A DNA stretch of 54,554 nucleotides. It comes from Octopus sinensis (Eukaryota). A program made the translations under genes and the position numbers. Each line of letters starts with the position of its first letter. Position 1 is the first letter of the stretch. The notes below the pieces were generated by a model. That model made no database searches and had not been told where the DNA came from. It saw only the letters and a list, made by a program, of their open reading frames with translations. The stretch is from positions 1 through 54,554 of the forward strand of contig NW_021833836.1 in assembly GCF_006345805.1 (NCBI RefSeq). Reading direction: 5' to 3'. Of this stretch, positions 11,915 through 23,227 are shown in pieces.

Positions 11915-12317
11915 TAGGGTGTTCAAAAAGTCTCTCCACAGTAAGTATTTTATTGCAAAAAATAAATATTTATAAGATGGTACAAGATTACAAAAGAATA
12001 TGTTAGACTTTACAAGACCAAAAAACTTATAAGTGGTGTTGAAGTGTCATCCTTCATTTTCAATACATAAGTTGACTCTTTTACACATATTTTGAAATAC
12101 ATCTTGGAGAGTCTGACATGGTATGGACTGTGAAAGTTATGATTGCATCTTTTAGCTCATTAATGGTTTTTGGGTGATTCTTTTACACTGATCTTTTATT
12201 TGCTCCCCAGACAAAAAGTCTGGTGGTGTTCATTCAGTTGATGTTGGTGGCTAAAGTCCCTTCAAAATAATCTATTCACCAAAAAATTCACTGCGGAGAG
12301 ACTTTTTGAACACACTG
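11915..12317 (-). mobile_element. Internally deleted Tc1/mariner element (DD41D/rosa-like transposase C-terminus)
   Basis: TIRs YAGKGTGTTCAAAAAGTCTCTCCRCAGT at both ends. The minus-strand remnant reads TPPDF.VWGA.K.SV*KNHPKTINELKDAI...LQDVFQNMCKRVNLCIENEG*HF. Confidence 0.8.
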
Positions 12318-13550
12318 CATTAGAGGACCACATTATCCATCATCAAAACTGAAAATAAATTGGCTACAGTCAGAAATGGAAACTGCTCCATGACCTCTTG
12401 AACCACAGTGCTTGACACACATCCATATTGATGGAGCAAAGAATTGTAATTTATTTTGGAAAAATTTCAACTCAAAAGTAGGAGTCGGTGAAATTACAAA
12501 ACCCAGAAAAAAAAAAGTAAAACAAAATAGTGTAATACAAAATTCATTAACAAAACCCAACTTTTCATTTAGATTATCTGGAAGGATGTTGTTGCTGTTT
12601 AGCAGCAAGTTACACACTTTGAACAGATCTATTATTGAAGGTGTTCCAGCTGTGACCATCCTGTCTTTTATCCTAATGTAGTGTACATATCATGTAATAC
12701 ATCTTTTCTGTTTTAGTAAATTATATTGATTTCATTATATTACCAATCATGGAAGGATGAAATGTGACATTGACCTTAGTAGGAACTGAACATGGGAATG
12801 TAAAACGATATGGTTTTATGTTCAATATCACAGCACAGCACCTTGGGCAAGTATCCCATTTAAAAAAATGAGTACATCATCACATTTGTAATTGGCACAA
12901 CTGGAAGAAAACATAATCACATCTGTAAATCCACTTAAAACATTACCTGTGAGATAGCATGAATGGTAAATCTAATCTATCTCTTGGTTGAGTATCACAA
13001 TCTGGCTCTTCAGTACACACTGATAGATAGGGAGACTGCATCGAAGCCTGTAGAGGAAGAGTTCTTGATTTTGAGTGGTATATTTAATCTATCACCTAGT
13101 TTAACACCATCTGGCCCTTCAATGATTTTTGCAAAGTTTTCTCTGTAACAAGTACTCTGACCAAGCCACTGATTCGAAAAATAACATAATATCTCTCTGT
13201 ATACAACACCATACAGCTGGAAAATTGCTGATGGGTCTGAGGATAACTTTTTTGCTTCCTTCCATCACTCTCACATGTCATGAAAATAGATCATAGGGAC
13301 TACCATTTGTCTTCTGACAAAACTATTAAAAAATATACTCTACAATGATTTTGCCTGTCACATTAATGAATCTCTGGCCCACTGTCCTTCATTTTGTGAT
13401 AACATCAAGGATAAAAACAGATTCCATCTTGAGGTCTTTAATAGATTATCTGGTGAGCATTGAGGGCCTCATCTCAATGGAGGGCAAACCAGTCTGCTAG
13501 ACAGTCATCTCTTAGGAATATATTGACTATAATCAGGTATCATAGTTATT

Positions 13551-13586
13551 ATACATACATACATACATACAGACAGACAGACAGAC

Positions 13587-13638
<52 letters not shown>

Positions 13639-13652
13639 GGAAAGACAGACAG
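13551..13652. repeat. (TACA)n(GACA)n microsatellite
   Basis: Directly visible. Confidence 0.95.
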
Positions 13653-13660
13653 ATATAAAT

Positions 13661-14470
13661 AATGTGATAACTGATGCAGATTTTGTGGAGCTAATACCAA
13701 AGACATCACTCACAACATAAGCAGTTATCCAAAAATATCATCATGGTATTATCAATTGATGAGCTTATACGTAGCCAAGACACTGTATAATGAGATCCGT
13801 TGAAAGGATAACTCTGAGATCAAAGAAATAAGAACTCACATTATGGTAGAGGCCATAGCCACTCATAATAAATAGTACTGGTGGAATGTCCAAATGAAAA
13901 CCTCAATAAAATATAGATATAGGGATTTGGGACAGAGAAGGGAAACTGTGAACAGATGTGGAAATCAGCTGCCCAGCAGATGTTAACATAAGGTTAAAGA
14001 TCAATGAAAAAGAAAATACATATTTTGAACTATTGAGAAATCTACAGTTACTCTACCTAGATTACAAGTTCAGATTTATAACTGTAATTATCGGAACATT
14101 GGGATATTAACACACTGCCTGAGTACCGATCGTGAGAAATTAGGCTTCTCAAAATCATAAAGGAGAAAGCTGATTTGAAGCTACAGATCCAAGCCATTAC
14201 TGGAACTGTAAAAATTTGTAAAACTTTCCAGAAGTTTATCATTTAAGTATATATGAGCATGTCTAGACATGCAACTATATGCATGAGAATACATACATAC
14301 AACAAAATATATAAATCTGCATATGCACGAACTCTAAATATTGCACACATACACAAATACATGCAAAAATACCCTATTGATGTTGTTAAAATTTCAATGA
14401 AAAAGCCTTGGATATGACAGAAACTGGCTCTTCTATTGGCAAGAAATCTTGAAGTAAAAATTTATAATGT
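13661..14470 (+). mobile_element. 5'-truncated RLE non-LTR retrotransposon (CCHC zinc knuckle, endonuclease and 3' UTR), family T copy 1
   Basis: Reads CRFCGANTKDITHNISSYP (CX2CX8HX4C-like), YWWNV and IWDREGKL*TDVEISCPADVNIRLKINEKENTYFELLRNLQLLY, ending ITGTVKICKTFQKFII*. The 3' UTR is shared with 27243-27434. Confidence 0.85.
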
Positions 14471-14721
14471 CATACATATATGCATGTATAAATGCATATG
14501 CACATATATGCATACACAAACAATAAAAAAATATATAAATACCTACATGCACATCACCATGCTACACAGAGCATGTGAAGTGAGGAACAAATCTGTGTTG
14601 AAGGTTCCCATGAGTCATGGCATATAAGATGAGTAAATCATGTGGAAATAACTCAGCTAGGAGTTGAACCTGTATTGCAGACTGTGAATTATCAGGGTCA
14701 CTGTAAATGCATCATGTGTGT

Positions 14722-14755
<34 letters not shown>

Positions 14756-15018
14756 CTACCTGCTTTATAGGAGGACAGGAAATTGATGAGAAAACACAGC
14801 TGGTAAGCTTTGAGAAATGCATTTCAGCAGAAGCTCAGCAGCTAACCAAACTAACAAAGAAGCATGTTTGTTCAGGGTAAAGCAAGCATTCATGTATGCA
14901 AGGAAAATCTTCACCAGAACATGGGAAAATTATAAATAATGATGGTGATGGAGATAGGTCTTTGCCTCTGTGTGTGTGTGCGTGTGTGTGCATGTGTGTG
15001 TATATGTGTGTGTGTGTT

Positions 15019-15068
<50 letters not shown>

Positions 15069-15382
15069 CCTCTTTCTGTCCCTCTCTCTCTCTCTCTGTG
15101 CATGCATGTGTATGAGTAAATAGGAGGTAGCAATTGTATGGAAATTGTTGCTTGCACGATTCATTGTTTGTGTTTCAATGTGTGACTTTATATGATTATT
15201 TAAGTGTGTTTTAATATATTTTATATTGTCATAATTGCTTGTAAAAGAGAATGTGTGTATGTGAATACCTGTGTATATCTACATGTATCGCAACAAGTGT
15301 TTCTACATTATATACATTGTGTATAGTACAGCATGTGCATATAAATATTCTACATACATATTTAACAATAGATGCTCCAACT

Positions 15383-15707
15383 TTTTTTAAAGACTCTGCC
15401 GGTTACGACAACGAGGGTCCCAGCTGATACGATCAACGGAACAGCTTGCTCGTGAAATTAACGTGCAAATGGCTGAGCATTCCACAGACACGTGTACCCT
15501 TAACGTAGTTCTCGGGGATAATCAGCGTGACACAGAGAGTGACAAGGCTGACCCTTTGAAATACAAGTACAACTCATTTTTGCCAGCTGAGTGGACTGAG
15601 CAACGTGAAATAAAGTGTCTTGCTCAAGGACACAACGCGTCGCCGGAATCGAACTCACAACCTTCGATCATGAGCCGAATGCCCTAACCACTAAGCCACG
15701 CGCCCTC
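15383..15707 (-). mobile_element. Young tRNA-derived SINE, family D, with TSD and short poly(A)
   Basis: Box A TGGCTTAGTGG and box B GAGTTCGATTCC on the minus strand, CORE-like GTGTCCTTGAGCAAGACAC, and TSD ATGCTCCAACT at 15372-15382 and 15712-15722. CpG-rich. Confidence 0.92.
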
Positions 15708-15856
15708 ACAAATGCTCCAACTACATACAGATGCTCAACCACAATAAATCCTCAGTCCCTGAGGATCCATTGTGGTCAAACGTTTATACATATTTGGAAT
15801 ATCTATCATAAGGACCCCAAAAGAACCATAATGGTGAAACAGATGTAGGGACTTTA

Positions 15857-15987
15857 ACCTTTAGCACACTTAAGTACATCATAGCACCATACAGGTTTTC
15901 TCCCCTGTAGTTTCAGGTATATTGTATCACACTGAGAAGAGAGGTAACTCATACAGAGTCATAATGCATCTACAGTGTGCTAAAGGT
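15857..15987. mobile_element. Small MITE-like element with 14-bp TIR
   Basis: ACCTTTAGCACACT ... AGTGTGCTAAAGGT. The left end overlaps TTAA (piggyBac-like). Confidence 0.55.
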
Positions 15988-16207
15988 AGTTTAAACTGTG
16001 CTTATCCTTAGTTTTTCTACATTTGTTCTGTAGCCCATAACTGATACCATTACTCAGTATAGTAGTTAATGACTATACAGAAAGCAGACTAGATAATGAA
16101 AACTTACATAGGGCTCTAAACATAATAGTAGCAGTCAAACACCTAATTGTACACATAATTTCTACTATATATATTTAGCTATATGTGTGTATACCTGGGC
16201 TTATGGG

Positions 16208-16651
16208 TATGTTTTATTTTAGTTTTTCCTTTACTCTTCTACTTGTTTCAGTCATTTGGCTGCAGCCATGCTGGAGCGCTATCTCAGAGGGTTTTATTTG
16301 AAGAAATCGACTTATTATTTGTAAGCCTAGTACTTATTTTGTCAGCCTCTTTTGCCGAACCTCTAAGTTACGGGGCACGTAAACACACCAACATCAGTTG
16401 CCAAGTGATGGTGGGGTGACAAACACAGACACAAAGACACACACATACATATATACATAAATATATACACCCCCCCACACACACACACAACAGGCTTCTT
16501 TCATTTTCGGCCTATCAAATCCACTCACAAGGCTTTGGTCATCCCAAGACTATAGTATAGGACACTTGCCCCAGCTGCCACACAGTGGGACTGAACCCAG
16601 AACCATGTGATTGAGAACCAAGCTTCTTACCACACAACCATGCCTGTACCT
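16208..16651 (-). mobile_element. SINE family A
   Basis: Full reverse-complement copy. Confidence 0.88.
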
Positions 16652-17742
16652 ATATTTGTATTATTTTTTATGGACCAGTCACATGAGGAAGATTAGCACC
16701 CATGAGCCCAGGAACATCAGGGAAATTATCCTTAAACTGGTAAACTGGCCCAAATGGTTATAACAGAGTGCATTGCTAAAGGTACTGAACAGGCCAGATT
16801 ATAATGTTAAACCAAGAGTTAGATTTGGCATATCTCATTATGTATCTATATAAGTGATTATGCATTATTTCAGTTGTGTCAATCTATATACTACTAAAAC
16901 TCTGTGCTTGCTTGCTTGCCTGAGTGTGCTTTTCTGCAGTTTAATACAGCCAAAGTGGGATATAATGGGAAAATACTCTGAAAGTTAGGTGCCCCTGAAA
17001 TGTGAGTACAAACGGAATAAAACAAGTTTTGTGTAAATCGGACCAGAGATTCCCAAGATACAAGGGTTTTTTGGGGGTACCTCATAAATAATCGAAATGT
17101 AATGGGAAAGTAACATAATCCTGAAATGGGAATATACAATACTGTGAAAATTGTTTCCATTAATGTTTATGCTTACGTTATATAACAATTCCTTTCGCAT
17201 TTTTCTAGAAGTGTGTACATATGCCATAAATAAATGCTGTTACTGAAGTTTATTCTGGAAGTTCTGTTTCTATTAGATGCTGTAAATAATCAATAAAACC
17301 TTAAACATGAACTTGTAAACCTATGATGATATGAATGAATTGAAATCATCAATTGAATCATCATGAAATTAACTTTCATTTCAATGCAATGTTGAAATCA
17401 GCTTCAATGTTTTATAACCATCAGTGACCCAACAGGTCATGGATATTCTGGTTACAAATGTAATGACAGGCACACATTTATTTAGATGTCATAAAATCTT
17501 CAATTCAATATTTAATCCCTGTGCTTTTCAAGTTATGTTTTTGTTAAATCTGGAAGATGGAGCAATATTCATGGCCTTCGCAAACCCTCTGAGACATTTC
17601 AACAACTGCAGGACAGACATGTGTAAGAAGAGAATTATAGGGGACTGATGACCTGGAAAGAAAGGACTGGGTACAGAGTCACAGTATAGTGTTGCCATAC
17701 AGTGTTAAGTTTAGTAGTTAATGCAAAGGGGCAGGCTACACC

Positions 17743-18091
17743 CAGTGGTTCTCAACCAGAGTCCATAAAGCCCCTGAGGGTCCATATAAGACTTTAAGAG
17801 GTCCACACAACAAAATAGTAAACTGGGAATCCACAATAGTATTTTAAGGGCTCCTGAAAAAATTTGCTTCAGATATGTGTATTGGTATGTATTGCAAGAA
17901 ACAGTTAGATTTCTTTCTCTAACATTTTACATAGTTCAACCTACATGAGTTAATGTGTGAAAAATAAAATAGGAATTTTGAAAAAAGTTTCTATGAAACT
18001 AATTTTTAAACTTCAAATGGCTATGGAGGTCCACCAGAATAAAATAGTAATCAAAGGGATCCATAGGCAAAAACATGGTTGAGAACCCCTG
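17743..18091. mobile_element. hAT-like (Charlie/MER20-type TIR) MITE
   Basis: CAGTGGTTCTCAACC ... GGTTGAGAACCCCTG, with related copies at 314, 31490, 31625 and 38756. Confidence 0.8.
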
Positions 18092-18407
18092 AACTAGATA
18101 GACATTGGAAGAGGAGATACAAGTGAATCATGAGGGTCTGAGTGAAGATGGCATGACACCAAACAATTCTAAGGAATAGAGGTCATTGTAGTAACAGAAG
18201 AAAAGGCAAAAGGAAGGGCAGTAGGTGTGTGGATCAGGATTGAAATGAATGTCTGAGTGACCTCATGCCGATCAGCCAGGTAGGGTGTTTGCAAATGTAG
18301 CAGTAGCACTGTCCTACATGTAGGAGTGCTCTGTTGTGAACCTGAGCTGTATAGTTGTTAAAGGCAGCAACAGCAGCAGGAGCAGCAGCAGTAGCAGTGG
18401 CAGCAGC

Positions 18408-18463
<56 letters not shown>

Positions 18464-19643
18464 CAGCAGTAGCAGCAGCAGTAGCAGTAGCAGCCTGGGA
18501 ATCAAAACCATAATCTTGCTATCATGAGCGCAACACCCCAACCAGTAGGCCATGATTTCATTAATTTTGGAGTAATGATATCTTTTAGGAAATAATATTA
18601 ATAACAACAACAACAACAAAAAACAATTAGCAGTAATTTTGAGGAGAGGGTTCACTGTTACCATTGACCCCAGCACTTAATTGGTAGTTAATAGAATATG
18701 AATGTAGAATGTTAAAAGCCAAAGTAAATACTGCAAGGCATTCTGTTCAATGTCTAATTGATCCAGCAATTCCACTAAGAAGCACCAACCCAACAGAGTA
18801 TGCATATAAGAGAGAGAAAGAGTGAGAGAAAGAATGGGTGAAAGAAAGAGTGAGTGAGAGAGTGAAAGAGAAAGAGATATAGTGTACATGCACGCATGTG
18901 TGTGTATGAGTCAGTGTTTGTGTGAGTGTGTGTGTGTGTGTGTGTGCATGATTCCGCAAACATACACAAGAAGTGTTTGGCATATGTATGCGATGCTAAG
19001 AGAGAAAGAAAAAGAAAGTGTGTGTGTGTGTGTTGTGGTGTGGTGTGTGCGTGCATGGGAGATGTGCATGAGTATGTTTTTGAATGAGTTACCATAGAGT
19101 GGTGGTGTGTGTGTGTGTGTGTGTGGTGTGTGTGTGTGTGCATGTTTACACGAATTTTTAAAGGATGTATGTATCTAAAGAACATATACGAGTGTGTATA
19201 CACTTATGTGTTGTATGCATGTGTATATGTGTGTTTTCTGGGTGCATGAATTTACAAGTGTGTGTGTGGTGTGTGTGTTAGTTGTGTTAGGCATACAAAT
19301 TAACACTAGAAATAGAAATAAGCCTAAAGTAACTACAGCAACCTCATTTACTTCTGCCGAACTATGAAGAAGTGAAGAACATGCATGAATTGTACACAAC
19401 AGATGAGACATGGCTCCAAGATAAAAATCACAAAAGCCAGAAACGGCATGGCAATTGTAAGAATCACTAAACTGGATGTTGGTTTAGCATTAGGTATTTT
19501 GGACATACCTATGTGCGCATATACACACATGCATGTGTGCCTGCATGCATGTATGTGTACATGCACATTTCCATAAATAACAAAAGATGTACATATATAT
19601 ACATCATCATCATCATCATCATCATTAAATATATATATATATA

Positions 19644-19676
<33 letters not shown>

Positions 19677-19682
<6 letters not shown>

Positions 19683-19869
19683 TTAATCCAAACAAGAAAG
19701 CACAAAGAAACACAACAACGCGAGGATGTGGAACAAATATAGTATTATTGGACAATCAGGAAAGAAGGAGGGTTTAACGTTTCGAGCGGAGCTCTTCGTC
19801 GGAAACATAGGAGAAGAAAAGATCCTAAGAAGGGAAGACAGAGGAAAAAAAATTGCCAACGGTACACAT

Positions 19870-19872
<3 letters not shown>
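19677..19872 (-). mobile_element. Penelope-like element terminal-repeat fragment inserted in (TA)n
   Basis: Carries a minimal hammerhead motif, is flanked by (TA)n, and has a degenerate homolog at 47470-47645. Confidence 0.65.
19772..19806 (-). ncRNA. Minimal type I hammerhead ribozyme motif
   Basis: GUUU-CCGACGA-A-GAGC-UCC-GCUC-GAAAC-GUU-AAAC: stem I, stem II and a palindromic ACGU stem III. The core has U4>C relative to CUGANGA. Confidence 0.65.
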
Positions 19873-19917
<45 letters not shown>

Positions 19918-19920
19918 TAT

Positions 19921-20259
19921 ATTTAGGGTGTCTGAGAGATACCACCACGTTGAAAATAGTCAAAACCTGACTCTAAAGCCAAATTAAATGCTCATATAGC
20001 ACAGGAGAGAAGACAAAAAGACAAAATAAACCAGCAAAAATTACTTGATAATTCCAGATCCTGGACTTCTGGCTTTGCATAAGAGATGCTCCGCCTTTGT
20101 CAGTGGAATATACTCAGATAGTACATAATATATAAATTTTTGCTAGTTTATTTTGTCTTTTTGTCTTCTCTCCTGGTGCTATATGGACATTTAATGTGGC
20201 TTTAGAGTCAGGTTTTGACTGCTATTTTCAGCGTGGTGGTATCTCTCAGATACCCTAAA
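19921..20259. mobile_element. Inverted duplication (~122-bp arms) around a degenerate hammerhead; Penelope-like inverted terminal repeat
   Basis: 19921-20042 is the reverse complement of 20134-20259. The loop 20051-20109 holds a hammerhead-like fold on the minus strand. Confidence 0.7.
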
Positions 20260-20857
20260 TTATGATTTTAAATAATTATTACCTTTGAAAGGTTTTTATT
20301 CCCATGCTGGCCACTTGATAAGATCGATATTTAAATATCGATCTTATCCTTATTTAATAATTTATATATATATATATATATATATATGCAAATGTATATA
20401 TATATATGTGTGTGAGTATGTGTGTATGAATATGTTATGTATACATGCAAGGAAACAAATGAAGGAAAGTAGCACTCAACACACTTTGTAGGATTTACAT
20501 ATGTCTTGATAGCAGTTTATATATATGTGTATGTATATGTATATAAATATATGTGTATATGTGTGTGTGTGTGTGTGTGTATACATATATATATATATAT
20601 ATACACACATATATATACACACACACACACACACATACATGCATGTAAATACACACACACACACACACACACATTGCCCTAAAAGCAGTTAACCTGATAT
20701 AAATATGTAAGCACATGACCATTTAGTTATTCCAATGATAGAGACTTGGCTCTGAGTTGGAAACCAACTCTTTCTCTTATTGGAAAGCAATTTTTAAAAT
20801 AAAACCATACCATACAAAATACACATGCACACATATACATAATATACATAAATATAT

Positions 20858-20913
<56 letters not shown>

Positions 20914-21342
20914 GCATATATATGCATGTATATAACATAGTCTCCAGCCATAACGATGAGCAATGGCTGATGTTACCAGGGCAACAAACAAATAAGAAAA
21001 GGTGTAAGTTAGATATTAAAATTGGTGGATATGGTTTAGGTAGAAGCATGGCTTATCGGCAGTAGACTGGTTGGGATGTTAAATCACAATAAAAAAACTA
21101 CGAATTGAATTTATCAACAATATAAAAACTAGGCAACATTTATGCTGAAAATAAAACTTTTTGAAAAGCTAAGTGGGGTAAAGAGACAGAGAGAAAAAGA
21201 GAGACAGAGAGAGAGAGACACACACACACACACACATACACACAAAAAGAGAAAAGGTGAATAAGAACGAAGTATAACCAGTCTTGAAATTTCTAGACTG
21301 GTTTCTTATAGGCAGGACAGTATAAAAGTAATCGCGATAATA

Positions 21343-21704
21343 TCCCTTTCTACTGTAGGCACAAGGCCTGAAATTTTGGGGGAGGGGATAAGTTGATTAC
21401 ACCAACCCCTGTGCTACGCTGGTATTTAATTTATCGACCCTGAAAGGATGAAAGGCAAAGTCAACCTCAGTGGAATTTGAACTCAGAATGTAATGACAGA
21501 TGAAATACCACTAAGCATTTCACCCAGCATGCTAACGATTCTGCCAGCTCACCAACTTTTAGTAATAATAATAATAATCCTTTTTACTATAGGCACAAGG
21601 CCTGAAATTTTGGGGGATGGGACCAGTTGATTAGATCGACCCCAGCATGCAACTGGTACTTAATTTATCAACCTTGTAAGAATGAAAGGCAATGTCCACC
21701 TCAG
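21343..21704 (-). mobile_element. Two tandem SINE family C (OK-like, GGCGGTGAGCTGGCAGAA head) copies separated by (TAA)n
   Basis: Shared core GATGAAAGGCAAAGTCAACCTC. The second copy is truncated at its junction with a mariner fragment. Confidence 0.85.
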
Positions 21705-22027
21705 CTTGGTTGGGAAAAAATTCCTCAGCCACCTTATTCCCCTGACTTTGCTCCTTCAGACAACCATTTGTTTCATAGTTTACAGAATCATTTGGGGAAC
21801 ATAACTTTTGCAAGCCAGAAGGAGGTTGAAACTGATATTTCAGAGTTCTTCGCTTTGAAACCAAAAGAGTTTTGCATTGATGGGATTAAAAAGCTTGTAA
21901 ATAGATGGAAGGAAGTCATAGATAATCAGGTAAAGTACATTGATGATTAAATTTCAATTAAATATAACATTTGATCACTTGTTTTTTTTTAATTCAAAAT
22001 TCAGACAGAACTTATGGGATGACCTGA
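21702..22027 (+). mobile_element. 3' fragment of a second mariner family (transposase C-terminus plus right end)
   Basis: QLGWEKIPQPPYSPDFAPSDNHLFHSLQNHL...RWKEVIDNQVKYIDD* (stop at 21950), followed by the TIR-like CAGAACTTATGGGATGACCTGA and TA. Confidence 0.9.
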
Positions 22028-22029
22028 TA

Positions 22030-22530
22030 GTATGCCCTTCCTTTTTTAAAGATAGTAGAGAGTGATTTGAAAGATATTTGGCTGCTATTTCTAACAAGCG
22101 AAGCAACCATGTACAGAGTCACCTCAATAAACAAATCAGCCCTGACTGAGTAGACCTATGATCAAATGTATTCCAGCAGTGACCATCTCATCTTTTTTGT
22201 ATATCTAGGAACTAAATTATCCACTGTGTTCATCTTTCCTTAGAAATGATAAAGTGTGATTTGAGATAGATTTGGCTGCATTTTCTAACATGCCAAATGA
22301 CCATAAAGATACACTTCTCCATGATATGCTGGCGTTAATACTGTAGTTTAGTTCCAGGTCACCCTTGATCAAAGGCATTTCAACAATAACTAACCCTTTT
22401 TTTTTTGTCAGTGAAAGAAACCTAGCATAACATTACCCATTATGTAACTTTCTATAATGGCAGGGTGTGAGTTGAAGAAGACTTGGTTACTATACACAGC
22501 AGGTCAAGCAACCCTATAGATAATCTAGTG
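22030..22530 (+). repeat. About three degenerate tandem units of interspersed repeat family E
   Basis: GTGTGATTTGA..AGATTTGGCTGCTATTTCTA recurs near 22063, 22255 and 22465; a reverse copy lies at 25165-25220. Confidence 0.7.
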
Positions 22531-23227
22531 TTGGTTTATCAATGACAGGTAATAGTGAACAGTGAAGTGTGAACATCGAATAGTAAATTGTATTGATCTA
22601 TAAAGAAAATTGTGTTGTGTGTCTTCAGGAAAAAAAAAATGAAATTCCATCAGAAATTCATAAAAGGAGAAAGTAGATTTCATTAATTTTACTGGTGTGG
22701 CAACATTTTTGTCAGATATGTCAATACCAATTGAATTTCTTACTGGACAAATTTGACCACAAAAATAAACTCTATGGTTATTCCCTGTTCTCTAAATGAA
22801 ACAGTTTTCGGTTAAAATATAAATTTGGAAGCTAATGGCTTTTTTGCTTATTGCACCAGTTTTTCGTCTGGAAATCACAAATCAATAAGTTTTGCTTCAT
22901 TTATTCTGAAGAATATAACAGCAAACCAATTTTCTTTTAATCACAGTTCCTAGAAGCATTTATATATGGTTTCTTTTTTTATGCTTTTAGAATGGTCAAA
23001 TAACTTAAGCAGCAGACAAATAGTCTCTTTACATTAGAACACTGAATCTGGCCAGGTGTCAACTTCACTTTTCATGTTGCTGGGGGTTGATTAAATCCAG
23101 CTACGTGTTAACATTATTTTCATCCTAGAGGGATTGATAAATCAGTACTGGTTAAGTCCTGAAATCAATTGAATTGACTGTATCCTCTCTTAACAATTAT
23201 GGCTTTGTTCCACTGTTAAAAATACTT

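Noticed and set aside
12900-13535. Possible degraded APE-endonuclease LINE fragment on the minus strand
   Set aside because: Motifs are too eroded to assign by eye; a profile search is needed.
15640-15707. tRNA gene
   Set aside because: A and B boxes are present, but it continues into a SINE body with a TSD and tail, so it is a SINE head.
17420-18350. Possible Tx1/L1 ORF1 zinc-knuckle remnant interrupted by the hAT MITE; similar hints at 14570-14720 and 49560-50300
   Set aside because: It needs several assumed frameshifts and is not supportable without alignment.
18314-18676. Poly-Leu and poly-Ser ORFs
   Set aside because: (TAG)n/(CAG)n microsatellite plus a SINE fragment.
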